Shown: positions 50,586-62,989 of the stretch, piece by piece | Position numbering within the stretch: the first letter of the stretch is position 1 | Layout: every line of letters starts with the position of its first letter | NCBI GenBank assembly: GCA_950097015.1 | Contig: CATNEN010000039.1 | Span: forward strand, 2,418,001 to 2,482,000 | Source of the DNA: Macrostomum hystrix | Lineage: Eukaryota; Animalia; Platyhelminthes | Direction: 5' to 3' | DNA: 64,000 nt | Translations under genes and position numbers: made by a program | The notes under the pieces: generated by a model | Told to the model about the DNA's origin: nothing | What the model saw: only the letters and a program-made list of their open reading frames with translations | Databases searched by the model: none

Positions 50586-53500
50586 TCAAGTGAATTTAAC
50601 GCAGTTAATCTCGCTGTCGATGCCGCGCACAAAGCAGTGCTGATTGAAGTCCAGCGAGTAGACGGGGCTGCGGGTGAGGCGGGCCGCGGAGTCGGGGTAG
50701 TGAGCACCCTTGTAGAAGGAGCGCAGGTGGCGCCGGGTCTGGCGGATGTCGTACAGGCGCACCAGGCCGTGCTGCATGAGGCCCACCAGCACAGTGTGGC
50801 TGCGGTCCGATTGCACCTGCAGTAATGACAATGACAGAATTCTCACTGCACTTCAGCCCGTGTCCGCAGTTGCAGTTGAATACATGCAGAATTACAACCT
50901 AGCTCTTAAACTAAAGGCAATTCATAGAAGATACAAGTATACAAATTCATATTGAATATTGAACATAACATAATAACCGATCACAATTTTATAAACTAAT
51001 TTAAAAAAAAACTAACGAAAGTTACAAGGGGTGCTAGCTGGGATAGTGATCGTTTGGGCACTACTTTCTACAACACCATCTAAATTGCCTAAAGCAGCAG
51101 TTAGCTTAAATAAAAACTATCAATGGTCTAGATCAGTGTTGACTTTTTTCTCTAGCACTTTTATTAGCTGAATTATGGCCCCTCGAGTGTTGATATCCAC
51201 GGACAAAAATTGCGATTTTCACCTGCTGCTGAAAGATAAAAGTTTAAAGCCACTAGGATTAGCCACCCAGTCCTGAAGGTGGGATATGCCGACGATGTGA
51301 CCGCCATCTGCGCGGGCCCCTCGGCGGAAACCACCAGAGACCTCATCCAGGGCTTTATCAACAGGGCGGTGCGCTGGGCGGACCAATGCGGGCTCCGACT
51401 CTCTGAGTCCAAGACCGTTGCGGTTATGTTTACCAGCAAACTGCTCTGGACCATTAAGCCTCTGACTCTCTAGGGCAAGAATATTGCCATGGAAAAGCAG
51501 GTCCGGTGCCTTGGTCTCCTGCTAGACCATAGGCTTAACTGGACCCCACACATCACCACAAAGGCCAAGAGGGCCCTGGCCATACTGGCGCAAGTCAGGC
51601 GTGCCGTGGGCACCACCTGGGGGCTAACCCCCAAGAACCTTTGGTGGATTTACACGGCGATCATTAGACCGTCCGTCGCTTACGCTGGCCTCATCTGGGC
51701 CAGCGCCATGGGCATCCAGAAAAACCTGGAGGCGCTTTATAGGGTGCAGGGCAGAGCCTGTCGTATGACGCTGGGCGCCCCACCCTCCACTCCCTTCGAA
51801 GGCATGAATGCTTTCCTCAACGCTACACCCATTGACATTTTCGTCAAGGGGGAAGCAGCAAAGTCCACCCGTCGTCTTCTTGATGCGGGTGTCTCCTTCC
51901 AGAATTCGCGAGCCTTCTCGAAGCGCTCCCTTCTGCCTCACTCTGACCTCTGCCTGAAAACTCTGGGCGAGTGCGGAGGGCTCACCATCCTTTCGGACGG
52001 GGCCCCGGCCACTTTACTCCGGAGCCACAGGTACAAAGTCAGCATCTCCCCTCGTAATGAGGTAAAGGACTGCTGGGATGACCCGGCAGTCCACTGTTAC
52101 ACTGACGGCTCTCTGATGAACGGTAAATCGGGATTCGGAGTGTGCGTCGCCTCGGGTGGTGAGGTCCTCTGGACCCACTCCCAATACTGTGGCAAGAGCT
52201 CTAGCGTTTTCCAAAACGAAGTGCTCGCCATCAGCTTCTGTGCGGCTGAGCTGCGCCAGAGGCAGCTGGCTGGTCGGAGGATCTTTTTTCACTCCGACAG
52301 TCAAGCAGCCCTCAAGGCCCTCAGCCGCTGCACCTCTCGCTCCAGAACCACCTTGGACTGCAACACCCAGTTAAACGGGTTGGCGCAGTCTAACAAGGTG
52401 GAGCTGCTATGGATCCCTGGGCATGCCGGGTTCACAGGGAATGAGATGGCGGACCAGCTTGCTAAGGCTGGAGCAGCCAGCTCCCTGATGGGCCCGGGCC
52501 CGGAGTCCCCGATCCCCATCTCAGTTGTCAACTCCAGCATCAACTGCTGGATGGAGACCCAGCACCGGAGGAGGTGGTCCAGCACCCTGAACTGTCGCCA
52601 GTCCAGGGCTGCGGTGCCAACCCCCTCTAGTAACCTGCGTAAGGCCTTACTCAGGCTTAACCGCAGAGACCTAAGAGCAGTCACTATGGCTCTTTCGGGA
52701 CATGGCTGCTTCACCAGACACCGCTACCTTCAAGGCCACGTGCCTGAGGAAACGTGTCCCTTCTGCTGCTCCGGACGCGAAAATGCAGAGCATTTCATCT
52801 GCCACTGCCCGGCCTTCACCCGGGCCAGGCTAAAACATCTCGGGCCGGCACCGACTCTCGCCGAAGCCTGCTCGCCCGAGAACATCCCACAGCTCGCCCA
52901 CTTCCTCCGGGATACCGGCCGAGCTGATTTCTTCCCAGCCTATGGCGAGGAAGATCGCGCGGCGGAATCGACCGACGGACCACCCTGAGCGGCACCGCCT
53001 CGCTGGAGGCTGTCTGGCTGCCAGGGGTTAGCGATATGGGCGGCATCAGCCGCCTCCTCGCTGCGTCCGTCATGGAGGCTCCCTGCCGCTAAGTCAAAAG
53101 TAAAAGGAGGGTCAGGGGTCAAACGGGGACACAACCGTTGTTCAAAAATCTCAAGCAAAAGAATCAAATGTCATCACAATCATCGCAATCCTCCTCCTTC
53201 ATTCCCTCAATGTACTCGCCCTTGAGGGCGATCACCTTTGTCCACTTCTTCGGGAGCTCGTTGATGGCCTGCCAATAGACGGAGCGGAATTCCTGCGAGC
53301 GAAGCACGCGCATCGCTAGTGAAATCGTGAAATAGCTAGTGAAATCGCAATTTATGCCCATAGAGATCACCGCGTGATGGGCCATACGAGTGAACTCAGC
53401 TAATAAAAGTGCTAGAGAAAAAAGTCAACACTCATCTAGCCCATGGATAGTCTGATAGACCAGCGAAGCTCAAAAAACAAAAAGAAAAAATAGAAAGAAA

Positions 53501-55957
53501 AATGTAATGTTTAAATTCAATAAACGAAACCCATAAAGAACTAACTTTATTAACGAAGTATCAGCAGACAATGAAATAAAACAGTAGAAGTAACTTCTCC
53601 TCACCGCTGTGCCCGCGCAGTCGTTGGGATCCTCCCACACAGCGACTGGCGGCCTCTGTCCCGCAGATCCCATGGATCTCAAATCCCACAGTCGGACGGC
53701 GGCGTCATAGCCGACGGTGACTGCCAGGCTGGCCGACTGGAAGGCGATTGCGCGAATGCCGCTGCCGCGGCGCCGCAGTCCCGCGTCCGTCAGCGGCCGA
53801 CCGGCAGCCAGCTGGGCTCCGGTCTCGGAGCTGATGAGGCGCAGCGTCGGCTGCTGGTCGGCGGCCGCCGCGATGCCTGCACAGCCAATCAGAGCTGCGC
53901 CGGAACCGTCGGGCACCAGGCGGCAGGCATAGACCCGGTCGCCGCAGTGAAACGAACGCCAGACGGTGCCGGCATGGGTTAGAACCTGGCGGATTGGGAT
54001 CGGGATTCTCGGGAATAAGTACAGCTCCTCAAACTAAAAGTGCATGCAAAAGCATTCCCTAATTTATCCGTATCCTTCCCCATTTTTGTCCTAGTGAATC
54101 CTTCCCCATTTTATCCCAGTGAATCCTTCCCCATTTCATCCCAGTGAATCCTTCGCCATTTTATCTCAGTGAATCATTCGTAATTTTATCCCAACATATT
54201 CTTCGCTATTTTATCCCTTCCCTAGTTTATCCCCTATATCCTTCTCTATTCAGCCCACTCCGACAGTCCCTATTTCATCCTGTCCATCCACTGCCAGTGC
54301 AGCCCAGCAGCAGCTCACATTTCCCTGGAGCAGCTCGGCGGTGCCCAGTCGAGCGGCGACCACGGCGCCCGATTTCGTGCCGGCCAGCGCCAGCCGCCAG
54401 CCGTCCAAGCCAGCAGCTCCGGCAGGGCAGCTGTCGAGGCAATTCACAGCCGACTGGTCCACCGGCTGGCCCTCCAGCAGCCTGCGGTGGCGGCATTTGG
54501 GAATCAAACAGACTTGAACAGAACATTAGAGACCCGACCTAAGTCCAGAAGTCCAAAGTACTAACCAGAAGGCAACAGCATTGATAATGGTAATTTTATT
54601 ATTAATATCAGCAAGCTATTGCGCGGCGCATCTGAAGGCTGCGTACGGCTGTTAAGTCCATGGACTGGGGAGGACTCACCCTTAATTACCCATCTGATGC
54701 TGGTACCTATGCAATGCAATGCAAAGTTTCATGTCTTGCTAAAGGACACAAAATTGTTCCCGTAGAGTTGGGAATCGAACCCTCGACCTTCAAGAAGTAG
54801 GTGCAACGCTTAAACCCGCGCTATTATTGTATAATAGATTAAAACTAAGGCGATACGTTCAGAAAATCGCGTTTCCAGACTAACCTTTTTCTAAGAAATC
54901 GAATTCGAGAGCGAAATTCCTTCCTAGAAATCACCTTTTAGCGACAACTTCTTTGAAACTGGTACTCGTATCTAAGAACGAAGTTCGAATCTTTGGAAAT
55001 CCCATTTTCAACCCGATACAGCTAGTAGTTCTGCCAACCTGGGCGGTCCATCGTCCGGTGTCCACAGTAACAGACGGCCGTCGCTGGTGCCAACCAGAGC
55101 GCGGCCACCATCAATCATCGGCTCCGTAGACAACGCCGTGACGTCGGCCGCGCCGACAGTGCCGCGATAAACAGCAGCCTGCTGGCGACGCTCGCCGCCG
55201 TCGGTCAAGCGCAGGCAGCTAAGGCGGTTCTCGTGGCTGAACACCAGCCGGCTGCCGTGCAGCTGCAGGCAGGGCATGGCCAGCACGGCCGGCTCGCGTC
55301 GGCGTTGTCCAGCTCCAGCAGCTCGACGCGAACATGTGCCGCCGCGAAAATTGCACAGCGTGGCCTCGAGTGGGCGGCCGCGGTGCCAGGCAGCGCCCGC
55401 GCGCAGCTGATCCCTGTAGGCCGGGCCGGCTGCCTCCACTGCCAGGCTGTTTTCAATTGACAGATGAAATTCGCATTTGTTTTGCCTCTAAACTGCTGCA
55501 CTGCTACTGCAAGTAGAGCACTGACAATTTTAATCAACCAGCTCGATTAGGAGTTTTAAGTTCTACCCTCTGGAAATACAGCCTCCCCGCTTGTTCTTCG
55601 CATAACAACAGAACAGCACCGGTTAATTAGAATCTTCAGTCATTATGCCACCAGGTAAGGAAGAGTAGAATTTCAAAAGGCGCCCCCTCACCAGGTGTCG
55701 CAGTCGCAGGGAAGCCAGGGCTGAAGCAGCGGCATGGTTCGCCTGGCCTCGTCGCTAGCGAGGCTGTTGCCATGGAGACTGCGCCAAAGGGCCTGGCTGG
55801 CGGCCGGGCCGTGAAGGAGGCTGCGCAGGCATCGGCAGGTGGCCGCCACGGCTGGCACATGGCTCAGCTGCAGGTAGCGCAGGATTTCTATGAGGATCTC
55901 GGTTGGCAGGTCAAGGAGGTGCGCCGAAGCGACACGGGACCAGCTCGGAACTGTCAG
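50586..55957 (-). CDS. FBXW4: F-box/WD40 protein, FBXW4 (dactylin)-like, spliced; start codon not visible
   Basis: Exons 55957-55692, 55446-55039, 54481-54319, 53985-53605, 50816-50586 (phases match). F-box [16 protein letters not shown]; [41 protein letters not shown] match recalled FBXW4 motifs. Confidence 0.85.
51270..53105 (+). pseudogene. 3' fragment of an RNase H-bearing non-LTR retrotransposon (LOA/Lian-like): RT C-terminus, RNase H, CCHC knuckle
   Basis: GYADD, SKT, LG..LD..LNW..H; in-frame TAG at 51471-51473; RNase [30 protein letters not shown]; CPFC...E..EH..C.CP; ORF ends at 52988. Confidence 0.9.
53105..53300 (-). mobile_element. 3' fragment of a mariner-type transposase
   Basis: [26 protein letters not shown] resembles the mariner C-terminal consensus (GI..LP.RW.KVI...G.Y.E). 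Confidence 0.7.
54590..54825 (-). mobile_element. tRNA-derived SINE, family B (degenerate), in an FBXW4 intron
   Basis: Minus strand GGTCGAGGGTTCGATTCCC (B box) followed by TGTGTCCTTTAGCAAGAC, a common SINE post-tRNA motif; AT-rich tail. Confidence 0.6.
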
Positions 55958-56086
55958 CTGGAAGAGGGTGAAGCAGGGGCGAGTAACACAGCACCCAAGC
56001 TGGCACTCTATGGACAGGTGACTCATAGAATCAAGGTAGTTGGACGAAGAAGAATACCCGACCGAGGTCTGAAAGTGTTGGGCAAA

Positions 56087-56652
56087 ATGGGTCAGCTGAG
56101 ATCAGACAGTGTGGGCTGAATGGGTCAGCTGAGATCAGACAGTGTGGGCTGAACGGGTCAGCTGAGATCAGACAGTGTGGACTGAATGGGTCAGCTGAGA
56201 TCAGACAGTGTGGGCTGAATGGGTCAGCTGAGATCAGACAGTGTGGGCTGAATGGGTCAGCTGAGATCAGACAGTGTGGACTGAATGGGTCAGCTGAGAT
56301 CAGACAGTGTGGGCTGAATGGGTCAGCTGAGATCAGACAGTGTGGGCTGAATGGGTCAGCTGAGATCAGACAGTGTGGACTGAATGGGTCAGCTGAGATC
56401 TGACAGTGTGGGCTGAATGGGTCAGCTGAGATCAGACAGTGTGGGCTGAATGGGTCAGCTGAGATCAGACAGTGTGGGCTGAATGGGTCAGCTGAGATCA
56501 GACAGTGTGGACTGAATGGGTCAGCTGAGATCTGACAGTGTGGGCTGAATGGGTCAGCTGAGATCAGACAGTGTGGGCTGAATGGGTCAGCTGAGATCAG
56601 ACAGTGTGGGCTGAATGGGTCAGCTGAGATCAGACAGTGTGGGCTGAATGGG
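56087..56652. repeat. 33-bp minisatellite (GGGTCAGCTGAGATCAGACAGTGTGGGCTGAAT)n
   Basis: About 17 near-perfect units upstream of the FBXW4 F-box exon. Confidence 0.96.
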
Positions 56653-58365
56653 TAAGTGTGTTGGCTACTACAAATACTAAATGCCAAGTTCTTAAGCTTA
56701 ATAGACAAAATAAATAAATAAGGGCCATGTTATTTTGCAGTCAATGCAAATCTGTATGCACAGGCATAGGAATATAGGTTCAACTAACTACTTATGTATT
56801 AAGACATCCGCATCTGTCAGATAAAAAGTAGTAAAAGAGCGATAAATCAAAGCGCAAAATGCTACTAGTTCCGACTTTGTCAGTAGAGTGATGCGATTAA
56901 AAAACAGCTAGAATGAAAAAAATCTGACAGGCCGTTTCTCCTGCCGGCAGCAGCGGGATCACATGATTGGCACAGGACGGCTGGAGCACACATCATTTGA
57001 GGTGTTACGTTTCAAACGGGAATTAGCCCACGGGTTTTAGAAAAATGAGAACCAGCCAGAGCAGGAGCAGAGAGCAGCAAGAGGACTCACAGGCTAAACC
57101 GAAACACAATTCGAATGGACAAACAAAATTTTATTCAGCACACAATTTTACTAATTGCAGTGCTTGAGTGAATGCCTCATTAGACTGACTTCAGCCAATA
57201 TATGGAGAAAACAGATAATGAAAAAGACAATATCGCATTAGAGGCTATGGATACTGCTAAGAAGAATATATATTTTCCGATGATTAAAAACAGCTCACTG
57301 TCTGCTTTTGCGCCTTTGTGAAGACTAAAGATTTTCTAAATCAAATTGCATTTCTGCAATCCAGTTTCTAAGAGACAGCCAATCAATTTCGTCAACAGTG
57401 AGTCGCAATCGCCAGATTCTAGAAATTTTACTTTATTGATAGCTTGCTGTTTTTGTTTCCTTTGAAGCAATTCAGTTCGCCGTTTTTTCGGAAATTCTGT
57501 AACACTGGGTGAACACTGCTTCTCATACTAAGTTACTCAATAATGTGTGGCTTAGTTACTTACAAATATTATTTCAATTAGTAGAAATTGTTTGTTAGAA
57601 AGTGATCATTTATTTCATTAACCTATTTTCTTTAACTAGAAGCCTCTTTCGCAGGACTCACTACGTACAATAAAACAAAAAGCTTTTTCAAATTGACTAC
57701 CCGAGACAGACTGTCTTAGAAATCCGGATCCGTTACATCAGCCGTCACTTTGACAAGTTAACAATGTCAGACCGATTGGTCTCATTGCAAGCAAGACACA
57801 GACAAGAGACTAGCAAGTAACAGGGAAATTTATTTCTAAAAAAAAGCAACAAGCCGCTGTAGAAGCAATACTGAGAGTCAGCTGGACAAGACGAGACAAC
57901 TGAAATAAGAATGCCACAGATGGTGTCTCATGAGCCCGCATTCCCTAACAAGTCTTGAGTTCTGAGTCACCTGGCCAGTTGGCTCAACACCTTATAAAAC
58001 ACAAAGTCCAAGCTCTAAGAGTCTAAGGGACACTTTGGGCGGAGGCAACAAAAGAACAGGCCGATTTCGTAAAACTGAAAACTGTTTCTTTTGGGCTAAA
58101 ATCTGACCTGAACTGACAGAGGACAAAGACTAGGCAAAAAGTAACTAGCAAAATAGACGCCTCGCTAAGCAATGATACAACAGAAAATGCTAGAGCGAAT
58201 TTAACGGAGAAATGAAACTGCATGACAAACTAATGGTGTGTACAGCTAGAAAAATAACACTACTCTGCATTCTAGCAGGAATCTGAGTTGAATCTGAGTT
58301 GATCAATGGCAGATCTCTGAAAGATCTAGACGACAACATCTCTTAAATTCTAAGAAATTTCTCGC

Positions 58366-61300
58366 CTAGAAATCCGTCGAACTGTCGTCAACGAGCCTAT
58401 TTGCAGACTTGCTCCAGGATGGCAGGCGGCTCAGCGGGCCGTCGCTGAAGCGCTCCCTGGGCGGCGCGTTGTCCACAATGGAGTCAAACATCGGCCCGGT
58501 GCTAGAAGCCGCTGCGGAATAAAAGCCGGAGCTGACAGGGTCAGCGGCGGTGCAGTTTGCAGCCATCTTCAAATCGGAGTCAGACGCGGCATCGTCGGAT
58601 CTGGAAGACGGCTCGGCGGTGGAGCTGATGGTGGCTGCCGCAAGCGTGCGGTACTCAGCTCGCTTGGCTCGTATTGATTCGCGCACAGCGGCCAGGGTCC
58701 GCGTGACAGTTCTAGCCGACTCAACCGGCTCTGGCAACAACACAGGCGAGCCCGGATCCGATGGCGACGCTGGGTTTAGCGACGTCGAGGTGCTGGCTCG
58801 ACTACGGCGACGCCTATCCATAGCGGCGGTGGCCACGGGTGGCGGGCCCAGCGGCTTAGCGAATTCGCACTCGCCGCCGCTGCTGGCACTCGCTGATGAC
58901 GCAACTGACGGCGAAGTCGACGATGAAAAAGTCTGTTGTCGACGAAGCTCGCCGGACCGGAGACGGCGCGAGTAGCCGGCCAGCCGGCTGGTCAGGAATT
59001 CGTTGTTCAGCGCGCCGCGATTCAGCATAGAAGCCGGCGAGGGCGAGGTCGATGGCTCAGCCGCAGCTGACGTCGACGATTCTTCGGAAGCGCTGACAGC
59101 TGGCTGGAGAATGTCACACGGCGGAAATAGTGGAATGAGGCGGTGCTGAGCCTCCACAGACAGCTTGCCGAAATTAGCCGCGTTGATCAATGCCTGGAGA
59201 GGCGAGGGCGAGGGCGACAGAAAACTCGCTGCCTGACTGGGAAGCATGTCCTACACAGACGGATGGTGGCCAGTACATAAGGCGAATCGCCTGGGATTGG
59301 GATTCGCTGATGGGGATAGGGCAGCAGCTTATTTTCTGTCCCTGCTCGCAAAACCTGCTCCCACACTGCAGTGGCGGACACTTTCAAATTAACCTGACAC
59401 AATGGGCCGCCTTCGACCATTGTTGATTGGCTATTGAAGGTGTCTAAAATACTGACAGCAAGTGATTGCTTACCAGCTGTAGCAATTTGCATCTGGCACT
59501 GTCACCTGTACTGAATCTGGCACTGTCACCTGCACTGAATCTGGCACTGTCACCTGCATTGAATCTGGCACTGTCACCTGTACTGAATCTGGCACTGTCA
59601 CCTGCACTGAATCTGGCACTGTCACCTGTACTGAATCTGGCACTGTCACCTGTACTGAATCTGGCACTGTCACCTGCACTGAATCTGGCACTGTCACCTG
59701 TACTGCACTGAATCTGGCACTGTCACCTGTACTGAATCTGGCACTGTCACCTGTACTGAATCTGGCACTGTCACCTGAACTGCACTGAATCTGGCACTGT
59801 CACCTGTACTGCACTGAATCTGGCACTGTCACCTGTACTGAATCTGGCACTGTCACCTGTACTGAATCTGGCACTGTCACCTGAACTGCACTGAATCTGG
59901 CACTGTCACCTGTACTGCACTGAATCTGGCACTGTCACCTGTACTGAATCTGGCACTGTCACCTGTACTGAATCTGGCACTGTCACCTGTACTGAATCTG
60001 GCACTGTCACCTGAACTGCACTGAATCTGGCACTGTCAACTGAAATAGGTTTATTTTAGCAGACAAAATTTGCACTAAATCTCACAATCTGCCGGTCTTA
60101 ATTTAGCTAAAGGGATTAATGATTTAGTAGCTCACAAGCAAGTACAGATTTAAAGACAAAGCAATCAATTTAATAAGGACGCACAGTGTCAGGGACATCT
60201 CAGGGCTAGGTAAATATCACTTTAGGTTGATTTCTTTTTTCTACTTCTAGTTTAGCCGCTCTAGATTAGAGTATCAATAAAAAAGCAGATAATTTCAACG
60301 AGAATCATATGAAACTTCAGACAAAAATCACAAAATACTACTATTAACAGTAGAAAGACCACGCTATTTTGTGGAAATTTGCTAATTTGTGAAATTGCTT
60401 GCCTAAATTTGCTGTTTTTGCCACCAGAAACCCCGAAGAGAATCGTTGAATATCTTGACGACGCCTATGTTTTGTGATTCTGGAAGTTGCTTCATCGGAT
60501 AGAGCGGAAACTTTTAGCCCGTGTTCTGGATCTTAATGGCGATTGGTCGTATATTTTAGAAGATACAGAAAGAAAAGAAAAATAAGGGTATTTGAACTGA
60601 TAACAGTAGCCACTCACCTTGAGCTCCAAATTGGCCAATGGCGAATCGGGACTCTCCAAGTCCATGGGATCCAGCGGATGATCTTGGCGATGCTTTTTAC
60701 AGCTAGACTCCAAGACACTGTCCGTAGCCGGTGCCGGAACCGCGGAATCCGCCGGCTGACTTTGACGCTTCCGGCTTTGTCGACGTAGCCCAGAGTCATC
60801 GCCCTTCATCTCCGGCTCAGGTTCGGCAGAGCTTGCAGAGGACAGGCCGCAGCTGACCTGCAGATGAAAGGTGTTACTGCGCAGCTGACGATGGCTTTTT
60901 CTCTGAATGGCCGGCATCTCGGCATCCGATTGCTGCTGCTGCCGCCGTTGTAGCTGCTCTTTCAGCCTGCCATTCCTGCTGCTGCTAGTACTATTGTGAC
61001 TCAACGCTAAACTACTCCGAGTGATGCAGGGCATACTAATTGGCGCCAATTATTAAATAAGCAAATATGACTAACTGAGTTGAAATCAGTCAGAAGCTTG
61101 AATGCTTATTTCTATACTGAATTTGCATGATCAGCCTAGTTTCTAGCATAGACTATACAGGACTGGCAGTTAATGTAAAAATAATGTAGTTAGATTTAGC
61201 AGTCAATTTGAAAAGCACTTTTATTACGAGCATAGTAATCAACTGATAATTTTCTGTACAACTCGAGCAGTCGGCCATAGATGAAAAGTCAATAACGCAC

Positions 61301-62075
61301 CATATGAATAATAATAAGCACTATTAATAGAACCACTGACCATAGACTAAATTTAACTACCCATTCGAGGGGAATTGAGATTTCCTTCATATCAATCCAT
61401 AATTATGACTCGTTATGATTGAACGATTATGATATGCTTGGGGCTGGAAGAGCGGAAGTGGAAGAGCGGTCTAACGCATTTGCCTCTCGCACCAAGGTCC
61501 TAAGCTCGATTCCGGTGCTAAATTGTGCATGCAGAATGGTGGAATTCGTGAATTTAATGTACTAATGAAACCTGTTATTTACTTCATCCATTCCACCTAA
61601 TATTTGTATAGCTTGAATTGTCTAGCTAGCTTTAAAATGTTAATTAACGGCGAATCTTTCAAGAATGCATAATCTCCGCAAAGTACATGTATAAAAGCAT
61701 CTTAAATGCGTCAATTAAATATAAAAAAGCACTCACACTAGGCTGCAGCATCCCGGTCTTCGAAATTCGTCCCTTGCGATGTTTCCAATCTTGAGTCTTC
61801 TTCTTGACTGATTGCGCTGGCACTGTACCAGTCGACGAAGGCCATGTTGCCATAGCAACAGAGGCATTGCAGCCATCCAACTGATTACGCGGCTGCAGCT
61901 GCCTCAAAGGAATGCTGCCACTGCTGGTAGAAAATAGTAAGTAAGAATTTTTTGTTCTCTTTGAAGTGCCACTGCTGCTGCTTTCGAAGTTGCTGCCAGC
62001 AGTCATGAAGCAGTTATCTAGCTGGATGCGAAGAACTATTTTAGGCATCACCTGGATCGCATCACTGGATGACAT
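58366..62075 (-). CDS. Asx: Additional sex combs (Asx/ASXL)-like protein with a DEUBAD domain; 5' exons uncertain
   Basis: Exons ?62075-61737, ~60857(or further 5')-60618, 59193-58366. DLESPDSPLANLELK|ALINAANF..L....QHRL..LFP.CD..ALNNEF.......RL..GE matches ASXH/DEUBAD; RTLAAVRESIRAKR resembles the ASXL RTLAQIK motif. Confidence 0.8.
59492..60043. repeat. 24/29-bp intronic minisatellite (GAATCTGGCACTGTCACCTGTACT)n
   Basis: Lies in the intron that splits the DEUBAD domain. Confidence 0.95.
61453..61518 (+). mobile_element. Isolated tRNA-like head of SINE family A
   Basis: GAAGTGGAAGAGCGGTCTAACGCATTTGCCTCTCGCACCAAGGTCCTAAGCTCGATTCC matches the heads of copies 1 and 2. Confidence 0.75.
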
Positions 62076-62989
62076 CTCAGCAATGATTGGTTCACTGAAA
62101 TTCAGTTTGCTTTGCTATAAACTGGCAATATAAGTCTTCCTTTGATCAATGCATGTATAGGCTTAGTAAGTCTATTTGTAACTTTAAAATCAAGAAAACT
62201 TATGTTGGATGCAAGGAGGGAGGTTTAGCCCACTAGCCTAAGTGTTTGGGCTTTATTCAAACTTCTGGCTGAGAGGTCCTTCAACATGGCACTTGATCAA
62301 AATTGCTTGAGTGTACTGAGCTAAAAAATGTTGCTACTGATAATACTATCGAGGAAATAGATCTAGCAATATCTAGCTACAGTCTTATTAAGTGCTGCAC
62401 AATAGCTGGAGCTATGCCACTGGCTTCAAGACCAACTAGATAATGAGTGTAAAATCTAGATTATGGATCAGCATAAACATTTGTTAACCTGCCATTTGTT
62501 ATGCAAGAATTACCTTTTTATAAAAAAAAGCTAGATTAAAAATTAAGAAACCAATGGCATAATACTTAAATAAATACAACAGAACTGTATTTATTTTTCA
62601 ATATGAGAAATAGAAAATGTATAGTATAGTTAATGTATAAATGCAAAACCTTATTGATGGTTTAAAACTCATGCCTATATTTATAGCCTAGTTATAGCGC
62701 CTAGCTAATGATAGCTCCACTAGTCTATCTAAAATGCTAGCTGACAAATACCTATTTTGTTCAACTTAAACAAAGCAAGCAAGCTAGGCCTAATTTAAAA
62801 GCAACATTTAATTTATGACAACAAAGAATATCGGTAACTTAGTATGTTAAAAAAGGAAAAAATAAAGCTACTAGCTACAATTCTTTTTACACTTTTAAAA
62901 TTTAAGTATAGACCTCCAAAGTCCTAGTTTGCTGCATTAAATTATTTTACAAAGTATCTTCACATTTCAGCCTAAGTGGTGACTCTACT

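Larger units (their letters stand above)
51116..53451. mobile_element. Composite element bounded by ~110-bp imperfect inverted repeats, inside the last FBXW4 intron
   Basis: 51116-51171 is the reverse complement of 53396-53451 with 3 mismatches; looser similarity continues to 51227/53334; TA flanks TCAATGG...CCATGGA. Confidence 0.8.

Noticed and set aside
49597-50707. (LSVC)n ORFs of 330-368 aa
   Set aside because: They are translations of the GACA/GATA microsatellite.
61453-61518. Possible tRNA gene
   Set aside because: No proper cloverleaf or acceptor stem; it matches the SINE family A head.
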